Source: Azolla caroliniana
Lineage: Eukaryota > Plantae > Polypodiophyta
Length of the DNA stretch: 64,000 nucleotides
Assembly (NCBI GenBank): GCA_043228905.1
Contig: JBHGNT010000015.1
Span: 11,904,001 to 11,968,000, forward strand
Direction: 5' to 3'
The position numbers and the translations under genes are program-made. Positions 53,071 to 64,000 of the stretch are shown here, piece after piece. Under the pieces are notes generated by a model, which was given only the letters and a program-made list of their open reading frames with translations, had not been told where the DNA came from and made no database searches. The first letter of the stretch is position 1. Each line of letters starts with the position of its first letter.

Positions 53071-53106
53071 TGACAAGAAGCCGAGAAAGCAAGATAGATG
53101 CGATGT

Positions 53107-53900
53107 TGTCACAAAAAGAAATTTATTTGTAAAACACCACTTACAATATTTATTGCCAAAAGTTACTTGGCAAGACTTGAACTCTATTTAAGAAGAAGCA
53201 TTTGAGATATACCACTTCAACTTCTTTGATTTCTAATTATTTTAGTCTCTTTCTCCTTATATACACTAAATTTATATTACAAAATTTGTTTACCAAAAGA
53301 ACTTGTTTTAAGAGGATTCAAATTCTCGACCTTTTGTTCACAAAGAGGCGTCTAAGATACACCACTTAAACTTCTTCTTTTTCTTTTCTTTTTTTTAACT
53401 TTTGCGTTTGTTTATGTAGGCCACCATCTTCTTTACCGAGCTTTGCATCCCAAACCCACGCGAGCTTCTCCACTTGCTTTTTCTTCCTCCCTTCTTCTTC
53501 CTCTTCCTTTCTCCCTTTAGCCACCATGGGCGTGGCTTATATAGGGTGGTCAACCGCCCTACCACCCTCTTGGGGCGATTGATAGATCGCCTCATGTAGG
53601 TGATTGTATCCCGGTTGTATTTTTATATATATTATTATTTTATTTATTGATTCTACAAATTCGATTTTGTAGTTGTACATTTGAGAAATTATAGAAATAG
53701 CCCTAATTTAATTTTGACTCCCCCTTTTGACATAATTACATTTGTGTCCTGAGTAACATTAATCCTTTCGAATCTTGTATCTTGGGCTCCTAAACTCCAA
53801 TTCACGAACCGAAAATTTGCATATGCTCCTCGCCACAAGCTCCATATGGGAACTTTCTTTCTATAGATTTTTGACATCGTGAACCAATAACTTCACAACA
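53107..53900 (+). mobile_element. Solo LTR in the 5' leader of element X
   Basis: AT-rich block TGTCAC...TCACAACA. Candidate degenerate TSD ATGT/ACGC. TATA at ~53538. Confidence 0.6.
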
Positions 53901-54198
53901 ACGCCGGAAATGGGTTGCGCTCGGTTTGGGTAACTTCGGGAGGGCTTGGAGGCACAACGGGGTCAGGGCCCACGTTCAATTGGCTATCTGGTGCGGGTAA
54001 CAGAGAGGGTGGCGATTCCACTGGTTCCAGCAATGATTGCTACGTGAGTACTGAGTCAAAAGTTTCCTCGGCAAGCTCGGCGCGGCTAGATGGTAGCCGA
54101 GAACACTTGGTGCAGGGGGGGCGTCGTACTGGCGACGAGGGGTGTTCCTACTATGCTATTCGTTGTGCTTCACAACGTGAACCGGGCATGCCAAATTA

Positions 54199-54752
54199 TG
54201 TTATCTCCTTCCTCGGGAGAACACCTTCGATTACTCCTAGGGTAATCGAGTCAAGGAATCGTGGTTATGTAGGAATGGGAACACATGAGTGACACAATTT
54301 GATCGAGTACAAGAATTGTCGACCACAACCAGCCTTTACGACTTTCACTTAACACGGGGACAAAAATCCAACAGTACAGATGAATAGTTGATGACACGAA
54401 TAGATTAGACCCACAACATGTATATTATAAGATTAAGATAAAATGGTTACACAACCCATGGTCGAGATTACTATTCACTCTCTGACAGAAACAAACATAC
54501 AATATGTTTCCTCCAACCGGGGATCTCCCTTCTTCCCTCTCTTATCCCATGCCCTTTCTTGTTGTTTTGGCTTGTCTTTTATAGCTTCTCGTTTCCTTGG
54601 CATGCTCCAATTACTTCTCTCTTTTTCGGCCCCCAATCTCGGCCGCGTATATTTTGTTTACCTTGTTCATTCTTGGCCGGTTCTTTTCCTCCTACCTTAC
54701 CTACTTGTTAGATTTGTTTCACACTCACTGCCTCTTTGTCCCACGGATAACA
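54199..54752 (-). repeat. 5' LTR of element X
   Basis: Minus-strand CTATAAAAG. Followed on the minus strand by PBS TGGCATGCCCGGT (54193-54181). Confidence 0.92.
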
Positions 54753-56430
54753 ATCAACTACAAGGAAAAACACTTTATTGTTGTTTTGTTGATTTTAAGA
54801 AATATTTTGATATCATACCACGAAGTGAGCTTAGGAATAGAATGGTAGAGATTGACATGTCATTAGAGTACCGAGTTGTTGTTGCAGACCTATATGAACA
54901 AGTTAAATGCCAACTAAAAATGGATAGTGGATTCTCAAAGCACTTTTTAAGTAACATGGGGGTCAAGCAAGGATGTCCACTATCACCCATCTCTTTGGCT
55001 TATGTATTGATAAATTAGAAGAAGTGGTGAATATAGTTGCAAGAGAAGAAGGATTGAATGCCCCCAAATTGATGCAACATGTTATCTTATTGCTTCTATA
55101 TGCAAATGATGTGGTAGTCTTCTTATATGATGTTGATAGTATGCAAAATTTACTTGGGGTATTAGAAGAATTTTTCCATAGCAATGGACTAGCAATGAAT
55201 GTGAGAAAACAAAAATGATGGTAGTGCAAACCATCCAACCTCGTCATTACCCTATGCTCACATATAGAGGTGAACATATACAATTTGTTCGAAGCTTTAA
55301 ATATCTTGGTATTGATGTAACCACCACAATATAAATGGAGTGCATGCTTTGATTCTAGGCTCCAAGCCGGTTGAAAATCGTATTACCTTTTGGAGAACCA
55401 ATGCAACCAAAGTGATACTTGTGGATGGGAAGTAAAACTAATGTTGTTCAATGCCATGGTAACTCAAGTATTGATTTATGGTGTAGAAGTATGGGGTGGC
55501 ACCATCTCTCTTAATGCATGGAATGAGATTGAGAAAATTCAAAAGATGTTTTTAAGGAGGTAAATAGAAGTTGAATGCACTACCTCTTACCAGGTTATGC
55601 TATTGGAAACAGGTGTTCAAACCATAGAACTATTGGCACTCCAAAGAGTATATAAATACATTACAAAAGTCAAGAATATGCCGAATCATCGATTACCACA
55701 TCTTGCTTGGAATGTTGGATGTAAGCTACAAATGAATCGTAAAAGTAAGATCCTCTCATCCATTTGGGTTGTTGACATAAGGTAATTGTTTAGAAGATGG
55801 GGTTTGGATGATCTTTTAGAGCTTTTGGGCAATGCTATGCAATATGTAATGATTGAGGAAAGGTTGGTGGAATCATTAAGGATGAAGTGGGAAGATGCTA
55901 AGAGGACAAAGCTAGAATACTACATTGCAAATGTCAACCTTGAATGTTGGTCTCAATATAAAGCAAGAATGGCTGCTATTGATCGTATCCAACCTTATCT
56001 CATTACCAATATGAGTAGTAATGCTCATAGAGCCCTTACACTACTTCACACTTGATCTCACAAGTTAGGTATTGAAGTTGCATCATGGTATCAAAATGTA
56101 ACTAATTTGAAGACATGCAAAGTATGCAATGAAGGCATGGTAGATGATGAATGTCACTTGCTCTTCACATGCTTGACATATAGTGCAATTCGTTCAAGAT
56201 ATGTTGACATACTAAGAGGGAGTGATAACTTAAGTGGCATACTTAAGACACCACCGAGAAGGTTGAACTCATATGTGTATGCTTTATTCACACATAGAGA
56301 CTTTGTGCTTCAATGTATGAATACCCCTTCTTAGGAAGGAGACACATATCAAGAACACATGTATACTTTGGTCCCATAGGTCAAATTTGGCCTCTTTATG
56401 GACGATAAAAATTCTAATTCTAATTCTAAT
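54753..56430 (+). mobile_element. LINE 3' part (RT core, C-terminal zinc knuckle, (ATTCTA)n tail)
   Basis: KTLYCCFVDFKK, GVKQGCPLSP, LLYANDVV, FKYLG, CKVCNEGMVDDECHLLFTC, and a tandem ATTCTA tail at ~56411-56430. Confidence 0.9.
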
Positions 56431-56635
56431 ACATGTATGTACATACATGACTTACATATAAAACATACATATAGTCATACATACATCGACGTGTCTATTA
56501 TGACACAAATCATAAAGAGGGTTGGTGAGGGAATCGCGGCCATAGACGGTGCAAGTCGCTCAAAGGAAGACGCATGCGATCTGCACCGTCAGATTTCAAT
56601 AAGAAAGAGGGTGCGAAAAAAAAAGTTGTGCAAAG

Positions 56636-57195
56636 GTCACCCAACCGCAGGTAAGTTTATATTAAGTTGGTCGCCCAACCAACTTAATCATCGACGCAGG
56701 TCACCCAATCGTATATTTTTAAAACGGTTGGGTGACCAGTTTAAGCAGGTCGCCCAACCGCAAGTAAGTTTATATTAAGTTGGTCGCCCAACCAACTTAA
56801 TCATCGACGCAGGTCACCCAATCGTATATTTTTAAAACGGTTGGGTGACCAGTTTAAGCAGGTCGCCCAACCGCAAGTAAGTTTATATTAAGTTGGTCGC
56901 CCAACCAACTTAATCATCGACGCAGGTCACCCAATCGTATATTTTTAAAACGGTTGGGTGACCAGTTTAAGCAGGTCGCCCAACCGCAGGTAAGTTTATA
57001 TTAAGTTGGTTGCCTAACAAACTTAATCATTGACCCAGGTAGCCCAACCGCAGGTAAGTTTATATTAAGTTGGTCGCCTAACCAACGTAATCATTGATGC
57101 AGGTCGCCCAACCGTATATTTTTAAAACGGTTGGTTGACTAGTTTAAGCAAGTCGCCCAACCAACTCAATATAAGATGCAAGTCACCTAACCGAT
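56636..57195. repeat. 113 bp tandem array built from GGTCRCCCAACC sub-motifs in both orientations
   Basis: CCAACCG unit starts at 56641, 56754, 56867 and 56980, followed by diverged partial units. Confidence 0.92.
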
Positions 57196-59924
57196 GACTA
57201 TAAAAGCCTGAAACCTGTCATTATCTCTCATTTTTTCAAACAAGATTGATAGGGTTTTTTTGCCGGGAAAGAAAACTATCATCAGGCGGCCTGCAATCGA
57301 CATACGTGGCAGTCAATCTCCTCCATCACTATTCCCAGGTATGTACTAAACCCTATTACATCACTTTTTCTGATTATTTTTACATGTGGTAGGAATAGTT
57401 GAGGGATTTTTTTCTTGTTGAGGGATTAGGGTTTTACTACATAAAAAGAAGGAATAGACAATATAGAGGGCATCTAATTATTGCAACATGATAAGTAGGA
57501 TATAACATATGGGGAGATTTGGAAGTGAGGGATTAGGGTTTAGGGTCATAAGGTACATGGGTCGTACCACCACTAAATCATGGAGATCATTGTTCACCAT
57601 GTCTGGTCCACACAAGAAAACCTAGATACACTTGTTGAACTTCGTCATAGTCTCATTCCACCACACCAACTAACCTAATCATTCTATCACAAGCATTAAG
57701 ATAATGATGATGGAGCTTTGGGAAATCTAGAGCTTGTATTTCTATTTCAATATGGATGACACATGGATTCAGCCATATTTGCAATCATAATTTGTGTCAT
57801 GTGTCGATTTTGGCCTCTAGCAAATGTCAACAGATTTTCTTCATCACTTTAAGGTTAGGATGAATGGCATTCTATTTCTTAAGGAACATAACCAAGCTTT
57901 GGTTTTCAATGAATTTAAGTTGTAATGAGATCTTTTGACAAGGCAACAATGATATGATCGTTTAATGTATATGAGATCGTGACAACTCAACAATACCTAA
58001 AATGCAAATTTTAGTGCTTGATATGTGTAAATGAATGCCATGGCTCCAGTCGTGGCTGAAAGATTGCTTCTTGAGGCAATATCATGGTGTCCAGATTGCA
58101 TATTGGTAGCCTCCCAAATGACATTGAACGTTTGACATCGATTCTTGATTGTCTATTCATGGATGAGACATGGAAACCCTAAACCCTTTTTTATTGAGGT
58201 GAAGAGATGTATCATTTCCAACATAATTTAGTAGTTGAATGCACTCTTCTATTTAAAGATTAGTTGATGATAAACGTGCAAGTGAATCATTAGGTAATCA
58301 TCATGCAAATGCTGTCATTTGTGAATTGTGTGTTCATAAATAACTTATTTTAATGGTTTAACACATGGTTTGGTCACCATTTCACACATTTAGAGTCAGT
58401 AATGTTTACATATGAAAGTTTCCGTTTAGAAAAGTTTAGGTTGTTTTGGTTCTCTTTTGGATTGTATACATACTAAAAAAGGAACAAAGGAAAAGGAGTA
58501 CAAGCATTGACCATTTCCGAACAATGGGTTGTATACATATGCAAGTGGCGATGCTATATTAGATATACTTAGATAAATCTACATATGGCCACATTTATGT
58601 CTTCAAGTTTTAACGTATTTTTTTGTAATTTACTGTGAAACTTGGGCTAACAGGTATCCTTGTGAAAGCAAACGATAACGCTTTTGATCAATCACAAATT
58701 TGTGCCAGCCTCAACAACATTGCATCAGTAACTATAAGTTTTTTAATATAACATCTAATCTTCTGGTAATGCTACAAATGCAAATTTTATTTTGTACGAA
58801 TCTATGCCAGTCTCAGCGACACAGAATCAACAATGTTAAGTTTGTGTATCTAATCTTTTGGCAATGTCATATGTGATTATTTTTTGTACAAATCTGAGCT
58901 AGGATTCACAATGAAGCATCGGTAATGTAAGTTTCTGCATATAACAACTAATGTTGTATTAACTCCATAAGTCCTTTGCTTCTTTAAATTGTTCTTTTTT
59001 CATAATTCAATGCTAGTAGCCGCTAACGCTATGAAAGCAGCAACATGTGAAGCAAAATGCCAATACATATCTAGTGAAAAGGCCAAGAGCATGGTAATAA
59101 CAAGTATTTCGTTACTTCCTACTATGTCTATTATTTTAGGTCATACATGGTCAAACCGACGTCTATATTTGTATGTTATGAAGAAATGACATTGAATTGT
59201 ACGTTCTCGTCCATTCAGATTTTATTTGATCACATAGAATGTGGTTCGAAACTATACTTAATTGAGCACATGAAATACTTCATTCATGTGGGTATTTCTC
59301 TTTGGGTTGTGGATAAATAAACATAGGGAAATAATTTGATCCCACTCACTCGTTGTCAATATCTGTCTACCCCATTACTCATCAAAATATCCCAGCCAGT
59401 CCTTATAATATGTGGGTATATGAGATATCATTGTTTAAGACATCGTATCCAACAAAATGATGCAATTATATTTTCAGTGACAGAAATGATTTGCTTGCTT
59501 AATCTTAATATTGTGTGTGTTTGAGTATATTCGGAAAATGTTTGATTACTTGAATGGTGGTAGATCGTTTCCAAGTCCAAGTACAAAGATTGGTGGGATT
59601 TCGATAACGGTGACATATATCCAACTCAAGATAGGTATGTCACGAACCAATCTCCCCTAATACTGGTTTAGGGTTTGATGCATGTATGTTGACTTGTGAT
59701 TTGTTAAAGGGTCTTCGTTAGAAGACATTGGAGAAGTTCGTCAGCCAACATGTCTAAGGGTGGGGAGAGAATGGATCAAACACTAGTGGTTCATCTGCCT
59801 CAGATCGAGCCGATACATGCCATGGCAACATTTGACCAAGATGCTCCTCCAAATGGTATGTGGATTTGGTGTCATTGCAATATGTCAATCTATATGCCAA
59901 TCTTTATGTCAATCTAAAATACGT

Positions 59925-62900
59925 TGTCGTAGTGTATTTCGTACACTACGTGAAAAAGTAAAAATAATATAACCGATTTAATTACATATAAATAAATAAA
60001 ATAATATATCAAGATATTTATCACGTGCATAGGGCAAGATTCGAACCATGTACCTCCACATAGCCGAATATCAACTTTACCATTATGCTACCTTATCTTT
60101 AGTGTTCTACAAGTGGATTTAATAACTATAAGTTCTTTATTTGCACCTAAAAGGTAAATCGTGCATTTTTAGAGTGCGTGAATATTTTATAGAAAAAAAA
60201 CGCAAGCAACTAAAAAGTGACTCATGCACATCTAGCGTGCATGAGCACTATATTTAGCAAATAAAAGCAAGGATTAGAAAAGCATCACATGCACATTTAG
60301 TGTGCATGAACATATGAGAAAAAGCATGTAGCTATGTTTAGTCTCTCCCATCACTATATAAGGATGGGGAGCACATTGTAGTTTTTGTTGATTATTTTTC
60401 TATAATGATCAATCAATCTAAAATATTCGTGGGATTCACGAATTTGCTAAAATAATTCTCTCTTACTACCTAAATATTGACTAAATATACTAAACTCGTG
60501 GGATTCACGAGATTCTTATCTTATAACTCTTTATACCTATTCTTTACTAGCCTTATTTGTATTTTTCTTTTCTCCTAGTCCAAAACCTCGGCGGTTCCCA
60601 CCCGACTCACGCAACGATCCGGAGCCGAAAGGCACGACACAGTTGGTGAACCCGACGTGAAGGCGGGTGGCAAGGAGATGGAGAATCAACAAGAGGCAAT
60701 GAGCATAACGATGATGATGATGTTCGAGCGGATGCTACAAGAACAACGAGTGATGTCGGAGATCACGGGGGCAGTAAAGCGGTTCGTACAACGAAACGGA
60801 CAATTCAACGGAAACGATGTGTCACGCTATCTACGTGACTACAAGGCGGAGATGATACGATGTGGGATACCAGAAGGATTGCAAGTGACATCCTTCAGTC
60901 GGGTAGCCACGGATGAGTTACAAGAAAGAATCTACAAGATACGGCAACAAAACTCGACATGGGGATCATTCGAAGAAGCTTTACGAGAGTCATATGATTA
61001 CAAGAGATCGAAGGGACGAGATCGGCGAGAGTTCGATGAATGGGTGGCATCGGAGAAGACCCACCAAAGTGCAACACAAGCATTCCTAGAGTTCGAGCAT
61101 CGTCTTGCTCGACTCTCGGAGCGGGAACAACGATTGGTGGGAGAAGATAAAGTCCTAATGTTCGTAAAATCGATCGATCGAAAAGAAAGGATGGACATCG
61201 GGATCGAACTCGAAGATGATGACGGTGCGAACGGTCTTACCGAGGATTGGGCCAAAGTCGAAAGGGTATGCCGGAGACATGATGAGAGGAAGATGAGAAT
61301 CTTGTCAACGACATGGCCGATGAAGGATGGTCGATTGAAGACAAACGATGGAGCTGATATGAAGGCCAAAATACAACATGATGGTGTGACGGAAGAGGGT
61401 GTAAAACAAGCTACCCTCTTGTCTTGCGAAAGAACAACGACAAAGGATAAGGCCGATAACCCAAGTGTAGAAGAAGATTTCGGAATACAAGTGTCCGAAA
61501 CATCGGGTGAAAAAGGGGTAAGCATAATTGATGTTTGCATAATTGATGCAGTGAAAGAGAGCAAGGAGGACTTGATTGAGGAGGTCACCACGAAAGATGA
61601 CATCGAATTGAAGGTGGCTATGGACGAATCAACGACGGATGGCCATATCGAGACTTCCCCACCACTAATTCCAGAGACTCCGGCGGTTGCATTCGAAAGG
61701 CAACGTGAGACCGAAGAGACGGAAGGTGGCGGAGAGAAAACAAAGGTCGAAGTCGATGCATACGACGGAGAGATAGCCGAGAATATGGCTATGGGTGAAA
61801 CAACGGAGGATGATAATACCGAGGATTCCTACCCACTAATTCTAGAGACTTCGGCAGTTGTGTCCGAGAACCAACGTGAGACCGGAGAGACGGGAGGTGG
61901 CAGCAAGAAAGGTAAAGTCGGAAGCCGGTTCGGATGGAAGGTGATCCGGACGGGATTCCGATCCGAAAGAAAGCCGAACCGGGTAAAAGAGGATTTGACC
62001 GAAAGACGATACAAACGAAAGCCGAATCGGGCGAATGAGGATTCGGCCGAAAGACGACCCGAAAGAAAGCCAACCCGAAAAGGGGTCGACTCGGTCAAAA
62101 CCGATCGACTGAGTTTGACTTGGCCGAACGCGAATATGGATGGAAGCCGACCTAGCCGAAAGCTGATCGGACGAGACCGATCCGGAAAGAAGCTAATCCG
62201 ACTCAATTGGAGGTTGGACCGGTTGAGGCTGGTGAAAACGAGGAAAAGAAAGCCAACCAAAACCGAAACCGATAGATCGAAACCGGGCCGGAAGGAGACC
62301 GACTCAATCGAAACCGAACAACCGATTCCGATTCGGCCGAATACGAATCCAATCGGAAGCCGATCAAACCGAAAGGCGATCGGACGAGAGCGATCCGGAA
62401 AAAAGTCAAGGTTGATGAAGACAAGAAAGAGGCCAGTAAAAGACACTACCACGAATGACAAGGGCCAAGAATATGACGAGAGAGAACAAAGAATATGGTG
62501 GATCGGATGGCGACAATGGTTCGGGTGGAAAGAATGGGTCTATTCAAAATGGAGAGACAAAGTTGACATAGCGGGACAAACGGAGGATGAAGGGGAGACA
62601 ACGAGCATCGGCAACTTCGGCACATACCGGAGGATGTGCGGGTTCGGAGGGGGCGAGTGTCGTAGTGTATTTCGTACACTACGTGAAAAAGTAAAAATAA
62701 TATAACCGATTTAATTACATATAAATAAAAATAATAATATATCAAGATATTTATCACATGCATAGGGCAAGATTCGAACCCTGTACCTCCATGTAGCCAA
62801 ACCTCAACTTTACCATTATGCTACCTTATCTTTAGTGTTCTATAAATAGATTTTAATAACTATAAGTGCTTTATTTGCGCCTACCTTTATTAAAAAGGTA

Positions 62901-63743
62901 AATCATGCATTTTTTAGAGTGCGTCAATATTTTATAGAAAAACGCAAGCAACTAAAAAGTGACTCATGCACATCTAGCGTGCATGAGCACTATATTTAGC
63001 AAATAAAAGCAAGGATTAGAAAAGCATCACATGCACATTTAGTGTGCATGAACATATTAGAAAAAAAAAGCATGTAGCTATGCTTAGTCTCTCCCATCAC
63101 TACATAAGGATGGGGAGCACAATGTAATAGGTGTGTGAAATATTTGGAAATTGGATATATTTCCGAAAACACCAACCGATTAATATAATCGTGGGATTCA
63201 CGAAAATAATATAATCTATACTTGTGGGATTCACAAGTTTCTTATATCTTTCTTTCAATCTAAATACATATTCTTATCTAAATATTGATTAATCGAATAC
63301 AATACACTCGTGGGATTCACGAAATTTCTATCTCTCTTTCTAATAATCTATTCATTACTAGCCTCATCTCATATTCTTCTTTCTCCTAGTCCAAAACCCC
63401 GGTGGTTCCCACCCGACTCACGCAACGATCCGGAGCCGAAAGGCACGACACAGTTGGTGAACCCGACGTGAAAATAATATAATCGTGGGATTCACGAAAA
63501 TAATATAATCTATACTTGTGGGATTCACAAGTTTCTTATATCTTTCTTTCAATCTAAATACATATTTTATCTAAATATTGATTAATCGAATACAATACAC
63601 TCGTGGGATTCACGAAATTTCTATCTCTCTTTCTAATAATCTATTCATTACTAGCCTCATCTCATATTCTTCTTTCTCCTAGTCCAAAACCTCGGCGGTT
63701 CCCACCCGACTCACGCAACGATCCGGAGCCGAAAGGCACGACA
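59925..63743 (+). mobile_element. Element G: non-autonomous gag-only LTR retrotransposon with tRNA-Trp PBS and 4 bp TSD
   Basis: LTR1 59925-60639, PBS TGGTGAACCCGACGTGAA from 60644, PPT GGAGGGGGCGAG 62646-62657, LTR2 62658-63450, then a second PBS and a duplicated U5 ending at 63743. TSD ACGT at 59921-59924 and 63744-63747. Confidence 0.93.
60678..62705 (+). CDS. Gag-like protein (~675 aa) with acidic and basic repetitive C-terminal regions; no pol domains
   Basis: Uninterrupted ORF spanning the whole internal region. FNGNDVSRYLRDYKAEM...TWGSFEEAL resembles a retrotransposon capsid. Confidence 0.75.
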   Translation: MENQQEAMSITMMMMFERMLQEQRVMSEITGAVKRFVQRNGQFNGNDVSRYLRDYKAEMIRCGIPEGLQVTSFSRVATDELQERIYKIRQQNSTWGSFEEALRESYDYKRSKGRDRREFDEWVASEKTHQSATQAFLEFEHRLARLSEREQRLVGEDKVLMFVKSIDRKERMDIGIELEDDDGANGLTEDWAKVERVCRRHDERKMRILSTTWPMKDGRLKTNDGADMKAKIQHDGVTEEGVKQATLLSCERTTTKDKADNPSVEEDFGIQVSETSGEKGVSIIDVCIIDAVKESKEDLIEEVTTKDDIELKVAMDESTTDGHIETSPPLIPETPAVAFERQRETEETEGGGEKTKVEVDAYDGEIAENMAMGETTEDDNTEDSYPLILETSAVVSENQRETGETGGGSKKGKVGSRFGWKVIRTGFRSERKPNRVKEDLTERRYKRKPNRANEDSAERRPERKPTRKGVDSVKTDRLSLTWPNANMDGSRPSRKLIGRDRSGKKLIRLNWRLDRLRLVKTRKRKPTKTETDRSKPGRKETDSIETEQPIPIRPNTNPIGSRSNRKAIGRERSGKKSRLMKTRKRPVKDTTTNDKGQEYDEREQRIWWIGWRQWFGWKEWVYSKWRDKVDIAGQTEDEGETTSIGNFGTYRRMCGFGGGECRSVFRTLREKVKII

Positions 63744-64000
63744 ACGTAACAGATACAGAAGGAACAAATGCTCCTCGCCCAAATTCATTGTATAAGGTTG
63801 GAAGAGATGCAAATGGGAACAAGGCTCGTGCATGTATCTATACTGAGTATTGCCGCCTCTCGCCAAGGTGGTATTGCAAAAAAAGTGACATGGAATCACA
63901 TTTACACAGGGAACATGGAATAGACATAGTCCTACCATAAGGGATGCATATAGAGGAGGAGGAGGGTACTCCGGGGGCATGCTTTAATAGCTATGAGCAT

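Larger units (their letters stand above)
13078..54752 (-). mobile_element. Element X: non-chromovirus Ty3/gypsy element with an extra 3' ORF; hosts all nested insertions between its LTRs
   Basis: Direct ~555 bp LTRs at 13078-13631 and 54199-54752 (TGTTATC...GATAACA). Minus-strand gag (~53070-51780), RT (YSFLDGFSGYN), RH (FVDASDVAMG) and INT pieces at 50992-49043 and 32865-32543. Flanking LINE halves rejoin in frame. Confidence 0.88.
57300..64000 (+). pseudogene. Possible degraded multi-exon gene, perhaps transposon-borne, with a Cys/His zinc-finger-like exon after 63752; element G lies in an intron
   Basis: Donors CCAG|GTATGT (~57338) and AATG|GTATGT (~59855). Acceptor AACAG| (~63752) followed by CIYTEYCRLSPRWYCKK and, after a frameshift, MESHLHREHG. 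Confidence 0.3.

Noticed and set aside
56636-57195. CRISPR-like array
   Set aside because: Units are repeated in full with no unique spacers, and the context is eukaryotic.
60998-62461. Antisense ORFs of 201 and 210 aa in element G, and many in D and E
   Set aside because: Shadow frames of purine-rich or GC-rich sense ORFs.

Overview
Eukaryotic plant nuclear DNA. A non-seed vascular plant such as a fern is likely, inferred from the element types rather than shown directly. About 85-90% of the window is nested retrotransposons. The one clear host gene has 4 exons (7134-9186, +) and encodes a ~325 aa probably plastid-targeted ABM/dimeric alpha-beta-barrel protein. The main structure is a LINE split by a ~41.7 kb minus-strand non-chromovirus Ty3/gypsy element (X, 13078-54752). 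X contains two Tcn1-like chromoviruses, four Ty1/copia elements (three nested C>D>E) and five solo LTRs, most bounded by readable TSDs. A gag-only LTR element with a tRNA-Trp PBS sits at 59925-63743. Main observations: (1) element X has no polypurine tract and instead carries a second, inverted tRNA-Arg primer site 2 nt from its 3' LTR; (2) at least five unrelated gypsy-type LTR families carry an antisense tRNA-like A-box/B-box module with tRNA spacing in U3; (3) both chromovirus families show Tf1-type self-priming plus a covarying U3 decoy copy and a conserved -1 frameshift signal; (4) the gag-only element appears to preserve a mis-transferred plus-strand strong-stop DNA. Coordinates were read by eye and may be off by a few nt.
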